From Eubacteriales bacterium (GTDB taxonomy: Bacteria > Bacillota > Clostridia > Oscillospirales > CAG-272), in NCBI GenBank assembly GCA_045632925.1, contig JAZQXP010000067.1, positions 2,209 to 66,208 of the forward strand: a DNA stretch of 64,000 nt, written 5' to 3'. Within the stretch, counting starts at the first letter, position 1, and each line of letters opens with the position of its first letter. Under the pieces are notes generated by a model, which searched no databases, was not told the origin of the DNA, and saw nothing but the letters and a program-made list of their open reading frames with translations. Position numbers and translations under genes: made by a program. Below, in pieces: positions 17,306-26,741 of this stretch.

Positions 17306-18439
17306 ATGGAAAATCCGTCAGCAAGTTATCCTATAGCAAATCCGAGAAGCAAGCTGAAATATCACTACCGCCCCGAAAAGGGTTGGGTGAACGACCCGAA
17401 CGGTCTCGTTTACTTTGACGGATACTACCACGTTTTCTATCAGCACGCACCCGATTTTGAGATCCCCTGGATGCAGCCGATGCATTGGGGACACGCGCGC
17501 ACGAAGGATTTCCTTAATTGGGAGGAGCTTCCGATCGCGCTTAAGCCCGATAAGGATTACGATTCGGGCGGATGCTGGTCGGGCACCGCAATCGTGAAGG
17601 ACGGTGTACTCTACCTCTTTTACGCCTCGATCCGCACACCCGAGGACTCGAAGAAAAAGATCCAGACCGTCAGCGTGGCTTATTCCACAGACGGAATCAA
17701 TTTTGAAAAATACACGGGCAATCCCGTGATCGACCGCTATCCCGCGGACGGAGGCCCCGATTTCCGCGATCCCGCGGTATGCTTGATCGACGGCCGCTAT
17801 TACTGCGTTATGGCTTCGGGAAATCCCGAAACGAAGACGGGACGTCTCCTTCTCTACCGAAGCGACGATCTTCTCGCGTGGGATTACGTCGGCATTATGT
17901 CGGAATGGGCGAACTGCAAATACGCCGAATGCCCGTCATTTATGGCGGCAGGAGACAGATTTCTGCTCGCAGCATCGGTCTGCCCGCTCGACAAAATCCA
18001 TTATTTTTCCGTGATGTACGGAAAATTCGAAAACGACAGATTCACAGTCGAGCACACCGCCGAGGTTGACAAAGGCCCCGATCAATACGCGGGGCAGGTC
18101 TTCACCGATCATCTCGGCAGAAATCTGCTTATCTCGTGGATACCCGGCTGGAAATACCGAGGATACGCCGAGCGTGACGTCGGTTGTATGTCGGTGCCGC
18201 GCGAGATCAAGCTCGATGGCGGCAAGATCACCGCTTATCCGATAAAGGAACTGCAACATCTGCTCAAGGACGAAGATCCTTCGGTAAAGCGCACCGAAAG
18301 CGGCTTCATCATCGAGCGTAAGGGGCGCGATCCCGTAGTTTATGAAGGCAAGATCGACGACCTCAAGATCCTCCGCGACGAATATATCGTTGAAGTCTTC
18401 GTCAACGGCGGCGAAGAGGTCTATACCGCTCTGCTTTAA
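17306..18439 (+). CDS. glycoside hydrolase family 32 (beta-fructofuranosidase/sucrose-6-P hydrolase-like)
   Basis: WVNDPNG, FRDP and ECP motifs. GGAGGG RBS before ATG 17306. Confidence 0.88.
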   Translation: MENPSASYPIANPRSKLKYHYRPEKGWVNDPNGLVYFDGYYHVFYQHAPDFEIPWMQPMHWGHARTKDFLNWEELPIALKPDKDYDSGGCWSGTAIVKDGVLYLFYASIRTPEDSKKKIQTVSVAYSTDGINFEKYTGNPVIDRYPADGGPDFRDPAVCLIDGRYYCVMASGNPETKTGRLLLYRSDDLLAWDYVGIMSEWANCKYAECPSFMAAGDRFLLAASVCPLDKIHYFSVMYGKFENDRFTVEHTAEVDKGPDQYAGQVFTDHLGRNLLISWIPGWKYRGYAERDVGCMSVPREIKLDGGKITAYPIKELQHLLKDEDPSVKRTESGFIIERKGRDPVVYEGKIDDLKILRDEYIVEVFVNGGEEVYTALL

Positions 18440-18449
18440 GGAGGAAATT

Positions 18450-19520
18450 ATGATACAGCTTACAGAAAGAGAAAGAATTCTCCGCACCTACCGCCGACAG
18501 GAGATCGACCGTATTCCGATGATCGACAGCGCGTGGAGGGGCACTATAAACCGTTGGAAGCGCGAGGGTATGCCGACAAACGTGTCTTGGGAGGATTATT
18601 TCGGCTTTGACCGTGTTATTCGCATCTGCCCCGATAATTCCCCGAGATTTGAAAGAAAGATCCTTGAGGAAAACGAGCGTTACAGGATTGAAACAACCGC
18701 TTGGGGCGGTACGCAGAAGGTGTTCAACATTCTTGATTCGACACCGGAGGTATTGGAATTCTATTATAACACGCCCGATAAATGGGAAGAAGCCAAGGCG
18801 GCTATGTATACCGATTACGAGGACAGAATCCCGTGGAAATATCTTGAGACGAACTATCCAAAGTGGAAAGCAGAAGGACGCTTTCTGCAGCTTGTTATCT
18901 GGTTCGGCTTTGACGTAGCGCACACACGTCTGACGGGCACGGAAAATATGCTCATTTCAATGTACGAGGATCCCGATTGGGTCGAGGATATTTTTGATAC
19001 CTATCTCAACACCTCGCTTGATCTCTGTCAGCGCATTCTCGACGCGGGATACGAGTTCGACGGTATCTTCTGGTATGACGATATGGGATATAAGGGTTCT
19101 CCCTTCTTTTCTCCCGCTGCATACCGTGAGCTCTTGAAGCCCTACCACAAAAAGGCTGTAGATTGGGCTCACGAGCGCGGAATGGTCACCGAGATGCATT
19201 CCTGCGGATACATCGAGCCGCTCCTGCCCGATATTCTCGAAACGGGTGTCGAGATGCTCAATCCTCTCGAGGTCAAGGCGGGAATGGATCCCTTCAAGCT
19301 GAAAAATCTTTACGGCGACCGACTCGCATTCCACGGCGGCATCAACGCACAGCTTTGGGATGACATTGATCTTGTAAAAGCGGAAATGGAGCGCATCATT
19401 CCCGCTATGAAGGAGGGCGGCGGCTATATTTTCGCATCCGACCACTCGATCCCCAATTCGGTCTCCTTTGAAAATATGAAAGAGATCGCAAGACTCGCCC
19501 ACGAGCTTGGAAGATATTGA
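18450..19520 (+). CDS. uroporphyrinogen decarboxylase (URO-D) family protein
   Basis: Family-typical ERILRT..IDRIP, MHSCG, LNPLEVKAGMD and ASDHSIP segments. AAGGAGG RBS. Confidence 0.8.
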   Translation: MIQLTERERILRTYRRQEIDRIPMIDSAWRGTINRWKREGMPTNVSWEDYFGFDRVIRICPDNSPRFERKILEENERYRIETTAWGGTQKVFNILDSTPEVLEFYYNTPDKWEEAKAAMYTDYEDRIPWKYLETNYPKWKAEGRFLQLVIWFGFDVAHTRLTGTENMLISMYEDPDWVEDIFDTYLNTSLDLCQRILDAGYEFDGIFWYDDMGYKGSPFFSPAAYRELLKPYHKKAVDWAHERGMVTEMHSCGYIEPLLPDILETGVEMLNPLEVKAGMDPFKLKNLYGDRLAFHGGINAQLWDDIDLVKAEMERIIPAMKEGGGYIFASDHSIPNSVSFENMKEIARLAHELGRY

Positions 19521-19526
19521 TAGAAT

Positions 19527-19562
19527 AAGGGAAGACAATCATTCGTCTTCCCTTTTCTTTTA
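19527..19562. terminator. bidirectional intrinsic terminator
   Basis: GGGAAGAC-AATCATTC-GTCTTCCC plus a T-tract, between convergent operons. Confidence 0.75.
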
Positions 19563-20321
19563 TTTTGCCACCTTCAGCGCGGCTTTTTTACTTTCTCCGA
19601 TCGCGTGGTAGGGCAAAAGCTCGTGCTTGAGTCCTCGGTCGGTACAATATTTATTGATCCTTTCAAGCTCATCGCCGTCGTTGTAATCGGGAATGACGGG
19701 CGTGCGGATGATGATATCCTTTCCCATCCCGATAAGCTTTTCGAGATTCTCAAGTATCAGCGAGTTATCCGCTCCCGTGCCCTTTTTGTGAAGCTCGGGA
19801 TCGAGAGCCTTGACGTCGTAGAGAAAACACGAGGCATACGGCAATATCTTCTCGAAATTGCTCCAAGGCAGATTACCCGCTGTATCTATGGCAACGGAAA
19901 TACCGCTCACGGCGCATTTTTCGGCAATTTCTGCAAGGAAATCGGGATAGAGCATACATTCTCCGCCCGAAAAAGTCACTCCGCCGCCCGTAGCGCGGTA
20001 GTAGTCGATATCGGCGGAAACGACCTTGTAAAGCTCGTCCGCGGTGTATCTGCGACCGTAAAGCTTTCTCGCTTCCGCGGGGCAATTCTCTACGCATTCT
20101 CCGCAAATAGCACAGGAATCAGGGGTTGGACATACTTCTTTGCAAACGCCGCAACCGATGCATTTTTCGCTCATAAGCGCAAGCTCGGGCTCGGGCGACT
20201 TGCCCTCGGGATTGTGACACCACTTGCAATCGAGGTTGCAGCCCTTGAAAAATACCGCAGTCCGTATTCCCGGTCCGTCCACCGTCGAGGCGCGCTTTAT
20301 ATCAAAAATATAGGGTATCAT
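19560..20321 (-). CDS. glycyl-radical enzyme activating protein (radical SAM)
   Basis: CNLDCKWC cluster plus CIGCGVCKEVC and CAICGECVENC ferredoxin-like clusters. ATGA overlap with the upstream gene fixes the start at 20321. Confidence 0.9.
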   Translation of the reverse strand: MIPYIFDIKRASTVDGPGIRTAVFFKGCNLDCKWCHNPEGKSPEPELALMSEKCIGCGVCKEVCPTPDSCAICGECVENCPAEARKLYGRRYTADELYKVVSADIDYYRATGGGVTFSGGECMLYPDFLAEIAEKCAVSGISVAIDTAGNLPWSNFEKILPYASCFLYDVKALDPELHKKGTGADNSLILENLEKLIGMGKDIIIRTPVIPDYNDGDELERINKYCTDRGLKHELLPYHAIGESKKAALKVAK

Positions 20322-21253
20322 GCGTTTGTTAGGATCGTCATTTCCTCGTCGCTGAGGACAAGCTCGGCACCCGCGCAGTTGGCTCTGAAATGCTTGGGAT
20401 TCGAGGAAGAAAAGAGCGGTACCACTCTCGGAAATCCCTTCATGCGGTAGAGATTGCACATCCAGGCAACTGCAAGCGCGCTGTTAGTGATGCCCTTTTC
20501 CTTTGCCATATTTGCAAGCACGTCAAAGCGTGCGCCGCCAACGTAATTTTCGGGCAGACGGGAGATATCCTCGTATGCGCCGCGGATCAGACTCGAGTAC
20601 GCCACAAGCGGAATATCCTTGTTTTCAAGATATCGCAGACGCTCTCTGCCGACGTTTTCGTTGAAAATATAGTTCGGCTTGATGTCGTGACGGCAATGGA
20701 GATAGGAAAATCTCTGCTGCATAACGGTGTAGGGCGCACAACCATTATCCTTTGCAAGCTGATTGAACTCGGCAAAACGCCAGGTGTCGTAATTGCTTCC
20801 GCCGAGAACGCGAACCTTGCCCTTTTTTATCAGCGAATAGAACGCCTCAAGCGTCTCCTCCATCGGCGTATCGGGATCGTCCGTATGAGCGTAATAGAGG
20901 TCGATATAGTCGGTTCCGAGCTTGCGAAGACTCTCGTCGCACCAATATTCGATCTGCTCCCGCTTCAGACCCGCGCCTTCGCCGTGGCGGTCAAAGCCGA
21001 CCTTTGTGGCGATCACGACCTTATCGCGGCATCCGCGGTCGCGAAGCCATTCGCCGAGAAGCGTTTCGCTTTCGTCACCCGTGCCCGCCCAATGAGCGTA
21101 GTTATTCGAAGTGTCGATGAAATTGCCTCCCATCTCGAGATAGGCATCGAGAATGGCGTAAGCATCCTCCTTCGAAACGGTCGTGCCGAACATCATCGCG
21201 CCGAGACAGATCTCGGAAACCGAAAGCCCGTTATTCAACTTAACATTCTTCAT
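20318..21253 (-). CDS. aldo/keto reductase
   Basis: GAMMFG, FIDTSNNY and VIATKVG motifs. 12-nt gap to the GRE gene. Confidence 0.88.
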   Translation of the reverse strand: MKNVKLNNGLSVSEICLGAMMFGTTVSKEDAYAILDAYLEMGGNFIDTSNNYAHWAGTGDESETLLGEWLRDRGCRDKVVIATKVGFDRHGEGAGLKREQIEYWCDESLRKLGTDYIDLYYAHTDDPDTPMEETLEAFYSLIKKGKVRVLGGSNYDTWRFAEFNQLAKDNGCAPYTVMQQRFSYLHCRHDIKPNYIFNENVGRERLRYLENKDIPLVAYSSLIRGAYEDISRLPENYVGGARFDVLANMAKEKGITNSALAVAWMCNLYRMKGFPRVVPLFSSSNPKHFRANCAGAELVLSDEEMTILTNA

Positions 21254-21265
21254 AGGTACACCTCA

Positions 21266-23488
21266 TTATTTCATTCTTTCGATAATATCATCCTGAAGCG
21301 GCTTTGTGATGTCCACGAAAACACCGCTGTAGCCCGTGATACGCACGCGGAGATCCTTGTGCCTATGCGGATTTACCTGCGCGTCAAGGAGATCCTCGAG
21401 CCCGACGGAGGTCACCTGCGCGTGAAGCCCGCCGCGATTCAGATAGACCGCAAGCAGAGCCGCAAAAAGCACGTGTCCGCTCTCGCCCTCAAATTGCTTC
21501 GGATCAATATCGAGATTCAACGCGCCCGAAAGGAAGCCGTCGCTCGGGATATTCAGCATCGAATTGAACATCGCGGTCATTCCGTTCGTGCAGGAGCCGT
21601 TTGCGGGGCGCGAATTCTGCGAAAAGGGCGTTCCCGCGAGACGTCCGTCGGGAGTCGCGCCGTAGGCAATTCCGTATTTCAGATGCCAGGTATCGCTTTG
21701 GATGCAGGGAACGATCAAAAATCCGTCCGAAGCGAGATATTTTACCGCATATTTCCGCGAAATCCAAGCCATTCCCTCCGCCAAACGCCGCACGTGAGAG
21801 TTTGAAAAAGCATCGTCGCTTCCATACTTCGGAGCTCTGCGGCATCGGGCAAGAATTTTCTCATAACCCTCGAAATTCGCATCAAGAGCATTGAGAAGCT
21901 CACCAAGTGTCAGCACTTTATCGCGGAAGACGAGCGCATCCGTCACGGTAAAGCAATCCGCGACCGTTCCGAACATCTGGAAATTCATTATCGCAAACAA
22001 ATACTCGGCGCAGGCGGTGAAGCACTCTCCGCGCTCGATCGGACGCTCGGTGAAGCAATCGGTAAAAGAGCATACCGCATACGGCTTTCGGCGGCGTATT
22101 CGAAGCTCACGCACACCGCGATCGGTCTTGTTCGAGATAAATTCCTCCATATATGCGAAATATTTATCATAAACCGTGTCGATGGTCGCGTTGCCGTCAT
22201 CGCAAAGGGAGCGCAGAATCTTTATAAACACGTCCTGCCATCCGCGCTCGGGGATGCGGGTAAAGGAATGAAGAAGAGCATCCTTCTCTTCCTTTGATTC
22301 AAATGCGCCGTAATGCTTCGACGAGGGCGAGCCGTTGATCCAGAAGCTGTGCGATCCCGGGGACGGCCAGTTGCAGCCGAAATGATGGTAATTCACAAAA
22401 GCCTCATCGGGAAGACCGAGACTGCGGTACGTGCTTTTGATATCCGCGTCGTTATAGAACATCAGCGAGGAGGACTTAAGTGCCTTTCCCGTCAGCGTAT
22501 GCCAGAGATCGGGATAAGCTTTGTCCATTCCCGGAGCATAATAGAAAACTACGACGGGATTCTTGAATTCGGGGCGGATACACTCGGCAAAGAGGTAAGT
22601 CAGCTCATTTACCGTGTAATTTCCGCCTATATCGGTGCCGCCGAGCAGAAGATACTGCGGCGCATCGAAATTGAATATCCGCGCAAAGGTCGTGGAATTC
22701 GTCTCGTCGCCGACCTGATGCTCTCCGCGGCCCATATTGAGATTGTGCTTGCAATAGTAATCGGTTATCAGCTCAGCCGCTTCATCGCGCGTGAGTCTGC
22801 CGCTTTCAATATCGGCTTTGTAGAAGGGATATAGGATCTTATCGAGTCTGCCGACGGTCAGCGTCGGATTCGGGCTGACGTAGGAGCAATCGATCAGCGT
22901 AATGATCCAACAGAGCTGCAGAGCCGTTCTGAAATCCGACGGCTTTTCAAGCGCGGCTTTCCTCAGAGTTGACGATAATTCCGTCATCCCTCTCTTCTCC
23001 GCCGCCTCTGCGTAACGCAAAATATAGCGCGTTATCGCTTCATAGACCTCGATTATTGAGGCGAGAAATCTCCTTCTGCCTTCATCCTGCTTGCTCTCGA
23101 GAGAGGAGCGGGCTTTACCTATCAATCCCGCAATTCCGTGTTCAACGACCATTTCCCAATCATACGAGCAATGCCCCGAGCTGAAGATACAGCTCTTGTA
23201 TGGCGACCTCTTGTCGCGGCATATCTCGCGGAATTTTTCCTCTTCTTCATCTGTCAGTAATCTTTGCACAGACCGACCCGCGATAAGATCGTAATCCTCG
23301 AGGGGAACGCTCACACGGTCGAGGATCGCGGTGAGAGCCCGCGCAAAACGTACAGGCTGGGACAGATCCGCGTCAAGATCCATAAGATCGTGCGCTATCA
23401 GTATTCTCTCGGCATCTGCGGCAAGCATAGGCTTTTCGGTCAGAGCCGCATCTGCTTCATCAATATTTCGCAATACTCGCTCGGTCAC
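21266..23488 (-). CDS. glycyl radical enzyme, PFL2/dehydratase-like family, substrate unknown
   Basis: C-terminal RVRITGYSGVF glycyl loop. SGHCSYDW, ALQLCW and GRLDKILYPFY motifs. Cys loop FGCNWPS. GGAGGA RBS plus GTG start. Confidence 0.9.
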   Translation of the reverse strand: MTERVLRNIDEADAALTEKPMLAADAERILIAHDLMDLDADLSQPVRFARALTAILDRVSVPLEDYDLIAGRSVQRLLTDEEEEKFREICRDKRSPYKSCIFSSGHCSYDWEMVVEHGIAGLIGKARSSLESKQDEGRRRFLASIIEVYEAITRYILRYAEAAEKRGMTELSSTLRKAALEKPSDFRTALQLCWIITLIDCSYVSPNPTLTVGRLDKILYPFYKADIESGRLTRDEAAELITDYYCKHNLNMGRGEHQVGDETNSTTFARIFNFDAPQYLLLGGTDIGGNYTVNELTYLFAECIRPEFKNPVVVFYYAPGMDKAYPDLWHTLTGKALKSSSLMFYNDADIKSTYRSLGLPDEAFVNYHHFGCNWPSPGSHSFWINGSPSSKHYGAFESKEEKDALLHSFTRIPERGWQDVFIKILRSLCDDGNATIDTVYDKYFAYMEEFISNKTDRGVRELRIRRRKPYAVCSFTDCFTERPIERGECFTACAEYLFAIMNFQMFGTVADCFTVTDALVFRDKVLTLGELLNALDANFEGYEKILARCRRAPKYGSDDAFSNSHVRRLAEGMAWISRKYAVKYLASDGFLIVPCIQSDTWHLKYGIAYGATPDGRLAGTPFSQNSRPANGSCTNGMTAMFNSMLNIPSDGFLSGALNLDIDPKQFEGESGHVLFAALLAVYLNRGGLHAQVTSVGLEDLLDAQVNPHRHKDLRVRITGYSGVFVDITKPLQDDIIERMK

Positions 23489-23517
23489 GGCGATCCTCCA
23501 AATCGTTATTTTACTTA

Positions 23518-23546
23518 ATTATAGCAAAAATCGCGCGGATTGGCAA
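23518..23546 (-). promoter_or_regulatory. promoter TTGCCA-17-TATAAT for the GRE operon
   Basis: Reverse-strand hexamers at 23541-23546 and 23518-23523. Confidence 0.6.
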
Positions 23547-23590
23547 TATATTTCCGAAAAAATTACGCGATCGGCAGGCAAAAATCGGGA

Positions 23591-23619
23591 TTGACTTGGA
23601 TAGGCTTTTATGCTATAAT
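23591..23619 (+). promoter_or_regulatory. promoter TTGACT-17-TATAAT for the MBL hydrolase gene
   Basis: Hexamers at 23591-23596 and 23614-23619. Confidence 0.65.
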
Positions 23620-23704
23620 GAAATCGGAACAATTCCGGCTCCAATATCTCCACCGCCGAAGCAAGGATATATCGGACGGTCCATACTCGAAAGGAACTAT
23701 CAAA

Positions 23705-24550
23705 ATGAAGCTTAAATATTACGGAACGGGCGCGGGCTACGGACTTCCCGAGGTATTTTGCAACTGCCGCATATGCCGTAACGCAAGAGAAAACGGCGGT
23801 AAGGATATCAGAACGCGCTCGATGGCTCTGCTTGACGGCAGACTTGCAATCGACCTCTCTGTTGACACCTTCCATCATTGCGCCTTTGCGGGGCTTGATA
23901 TGACCAAGGTGCGACACGTCATCGTCACGCATAACCACCACGACCACTTCTTCACCACCGATCTTTTCAGCCGCGTGAAAGGTATGGGAGGTCCCGTGTA
24001 TTTCTATATCAGCGAGGGCTCGGGAGCAGCCGTCCGCGCAACCGTTGATAAGCACAAGGCTGATTTCGCATCGGGCAAACGCGATCCCGAGGCGTGGACG
24101 CGCGCGGAGGTACATACCATCGAGTATTTCAAGCCCATCAAAATTCTCGATTACACAATAACTCCCCTCCCCGCACTCCACAAAAGCGCACCCGATCCGA
24201 TGATCTTCGTAATAGAGTCGGAGGGAAAGAGTATCCTATGGGCGCACGACACGGGCAAATTCCTTCCCGATACCGTAGAGTGGATCAAGAATTCGGGCAT
24301 TATCTTCGATTTTGTCTCGATGGATTGCACACTCCGCCGCGGCACGCAGATCACGCAGTCGCATATGGACCTCGATTGGTGCATAGAGATGGCAGACCTC
24401 CTCCGCTCGAACGGAAATGCCGATGATAACACCAAATTCGCCCTCAGCCACATCGGCCACCTCGTCGACCGCACCCACGACGAGCTCACCGCAGAAGCCG
24501 CAGAGGTCGGAATGATCGTGGCGTACGATGGAATGGAGATTGAGGTATAA
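23705..24550 (+). CDS. MBL-fold metallo-hydrolase (PhnP-like, N-terminal CxCxxC)
   Basis: FCNCRIC and THNHHDH motifs. Paralog of 32679-33488. Start at ATG 23705 (MKLKYYGTG). Confidence 0.8.
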   Translation: MKLKYYGTGAGYGLPEVFCNCRICRNARENGGKDIRTRSMALLDGRLAIDLSVDTFHHCAFAGLDMTKVRHVIVTHNHHDHFFTTDLFSRVKGMGGPVYFYISEGSGAAVRATVDKHKADFASGKRDPEAWTRAEVHTIEYFKPIKILDYTITPLPALHKSAPDPMIFVIESEGKSILWAHDTGKFLPDTVEWIKNSGIIFDFVSMDCTLRRGTQITQSHMDLDWCIEMADLLRSNGNADDNTKFALSHIGHLVDRTHDELTAEAAEVGMIVAYDGMEIEV

Positions 24551-24553
24551 GTT

Positions 24554-24910
24554 ATGAAAAAATCATCAAAGGAAGAAATGCATAATCTGAAAGTTTTGCT
24601 TTTTTTAGCCACGCTGATAATAAATGTAAATATGATATTGTTGGCATCATTTCATCCTAATACGCTGAAATCGGCGCTTTCGTTTGCCGGAGGAGTAATC
24701 TTATTAACCATAATAATTTGCGCGGATAAAAGAAAAACGCATGTAACACGCGGGTATGTTTTAACCATAAGTGCCATATATCTCGTATTTTCCGCAGTAC
24801 CCTTTATTCTTTCACGGGATTTTGGGTTTCTTGGGATCTGGGCAGCGGAAATATTGATTTACACTTTGGTTTGTATTCTTTTATTGAAGAAAAAGAAAGG
24901 TGAAAAATAA
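24554..24910 (+). CDS. hypothetical membrane protein (about 4 TM), AT-rich
   Basis: ORF with hydrophobic segments. Starts 3 nt after the MBL stop. Confidence 0.5.
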   Translation: MKKSSKEEMHNLKVLLFLATLIINVNMILLASFHPNTLKSALSFAGGVILLTIIICADKRKTHVTRGYVLTISAIYLVFSAVPFILSRDFGFLGIWAAEILIYTLVCILLLKKKKGEK

Positions 24911-24916
24911 ATCAAT

Positions 24917-25405
24917 ATGGACTTTTACTGGTTGAATATTCTCCTTTCTTTCTTTGGAGTATGCCTATACGGTTCTTTCAGAATCGGCGTTCATTCGTAT
25001 TTGAGGTATAAGAAAAAAAGCAAAACCTTTATCAAGAAAAGCACAAAAGGCTTTCTGAATTACTGGCTTTACCGCAATCTGAAGCAAGAACTTGGTTTTG
25101 CATATTACATGAATCAAATCTTGCTTTTCGGAAGCTTGGGATATACTCTTCTCTCTGTTTCTCTCGCTTGGAACGATGTTTTGCATCTGCCGATAGCTAT
25201 CATATACGCAATCTTCTGCATCATCCAATGTGTAGGAGAAACCTTTGCGGGCATCTACCACAACCTTGAACAATACGGAAATCCTTTCGTTATTTGGAGC
25301 AAAAGCAAATGGAACGGTCGGAAACACAGTTCGCTTCAGGACATTATTGTCATCATTGGCTTGATCGCTCTTGCGATTTTTAATATTTGGTTGGCTGTTG
25401 AGTAA
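24917..25405 (+). CDS. hypothetical membrane protein (about 4 TM), AT-rich
   Basis: ORF with hydrophobic segments. Confidence 0.5.
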   Translation: MDFYWLNILLSFFGVCLYGSFRIGVHSYLRYKKKSKTFIKKSTKGFLNYWLYRNLKQELGFAYYMNQILLFGSLGYTLLSVSLAWNDVLHLPIAIIYAIFCIIQCVGETFAGIYHNLEQYGNPFVIWSKSKWNGRKHSSLQDIIVIIGLIALAIFNIWLAVE

Positions 25406-25508
25406 TATCCCGTATTCAACCAACACTTGACACAAATTCTCATTTTCCGATTTCAAATTAACAAAGAAAAATGATATAATATACTCATATAAAACACGGA
25501 GGAATATT

Positions 25509-25886
25509 ATGGCTTCATTTTCAGACATATTCAAAACTTTACGCAAGGACAAGCAGTTAACACAGGAGCAGGCTGCCGAAATTTTCGGAGTTTCTCCGCA
25601 AGCTATCAGCCGTTGGGAAAATGCCTCATCTTGTCCCGATATTACATTGCTTCCCGCAATAGCATCTTATTTTGAAACAACCGTTGACGAGCTGTTGGGT
25701 TTAAAAAAAACTGTTAAAAAACAAAAAGTTCTGTATTTCCAGTTCTGTTATCAGGAAAGTGCAAATAAGATAAACAAATATCTCGAGGATGGGTGGACAA
25801 TTAAAGAAATGCATACGCACGAACTCGGAAAAGGTCTGCATCCCGAGGGCGTTATAATTCTTGAAAAGACGGTATTCAACACCTAA
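25509..25886 (+). CDS. XRE-family HTH transcriptional regulator with small C-terminal domain
   Basis: LTQEQAAEIFGVSPQAISRWEN HTH. GGAGGA RBS. Confidence 0.8.
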   Translation: MASFSDIFKTLRKDKQLTQEQAAEIFGVSPQAISRWENASSCPDITLLPAIASYFETTVDELLGLKKTVKKQKVLYFQFCYQESANKINKYLEDGWTIKEMHTHELGKGLHPEGVIILEKTVFNT

Positions 25887-25935
25887 TAATAACGAGAAAT
25901 ATGTTTCATTATTGATTAAATTATATTACGAGCCT

Positions 25936-26077
25936 GTAGGGAGCGACGTCCTCGGCGGTCCGAGCCCAATTAAAAATATAGCTGTGTGTTATATCAAGAA
26001 AATAGCGTTCGGTTTTCTGAATATAATCAACGCGATAATTTCGTACTGTCCGGACCGCCGAGGACGTCGGTCCCTAC
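25936..26077. repeat. 27-bp inverted repeat (one mismatch) around an 88-nt AT-rich spacer
   Basis: GTAGGGAGCGACGTCCTCGGCGGTCCG at 25936-25962 vs CGGACCGCCGAGGACGTCGGTCCCTAC at 26051-26077. Confidence 0.85.
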
Positions 26078-26258
26078 GGACTCGTACGATAATTAGGGCA
26101 ATATTATTCGTTTCATTATCGTCCCATCAAAAATACAACAAACAGTTGTGCGATAATCAAGAATCCAACAGTCAGTCGGTGGAATCCCCATCTGTTTTAT
26201 GCTAAAATATAACCATCGGGAATGTGCACAGCTCGAAATAACCATCAAGAGGTAAATA

Positions 26259-26741
26259 ATGAAAACCATCGGCGAAAATATCGCATATTTCAGAAAGAAG
26301 AATAAACTCACCCAAGAGGAACTTGCGGAGAAGCTATCCGTAACCTCGCAGGCTGTATCAAAATGGGAGTGCGACACCTCGTACCCCGATATAACCGGTA
26401 TGCAAGCTTTGGCTAAAACGCTAGGCACCACCGTTGACGAACTGATAAACGGAGAACAAATCCTTCCGCAGATCAACGAGGCCCCGAAGGATCAAATTGA
26501 CCGAAGGATCGTTCTTATCGAGGTTCAGGCAAGTGACACAACCGTGACAGCCCGATTCCCCGTTCCTTTTGTCAATAAAGCGATCGAAAACGGAACCCTC
26601 AAAAAGATGATCGGGGAGGAAGCTTTCCTACACATGGGAGCTCTCAAAGATATGATAGACTCGGGATTGACAGGTCCTATAATCAACATCGACAATCCAA
26701 ATACGATAATCAGTATAAAGGTGATAGATCATGAAAACTGA
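26259..26741 (+). CDS. XRE-family HTH regulator fused to a C-terminal domain of unknown function
   Basis: LTQEELAEKLSVTSQAVSKWE HTH. AAGAGG RBS. Confidence 0.8.
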   Translation: MKTIGENIAYFRKKNKLTQEELAEKLSVTSQAVSKWECDTSYPDITGMQALAKTLGTTVDELINGEQILPQINEAPKDQIDRRIVLIEVQASDTTVTARFPVPFVNKAIENGTLKKMIGEEAFLHMGALKDMIDSGLTGPIINIDNPNTIISIKVIDHEN

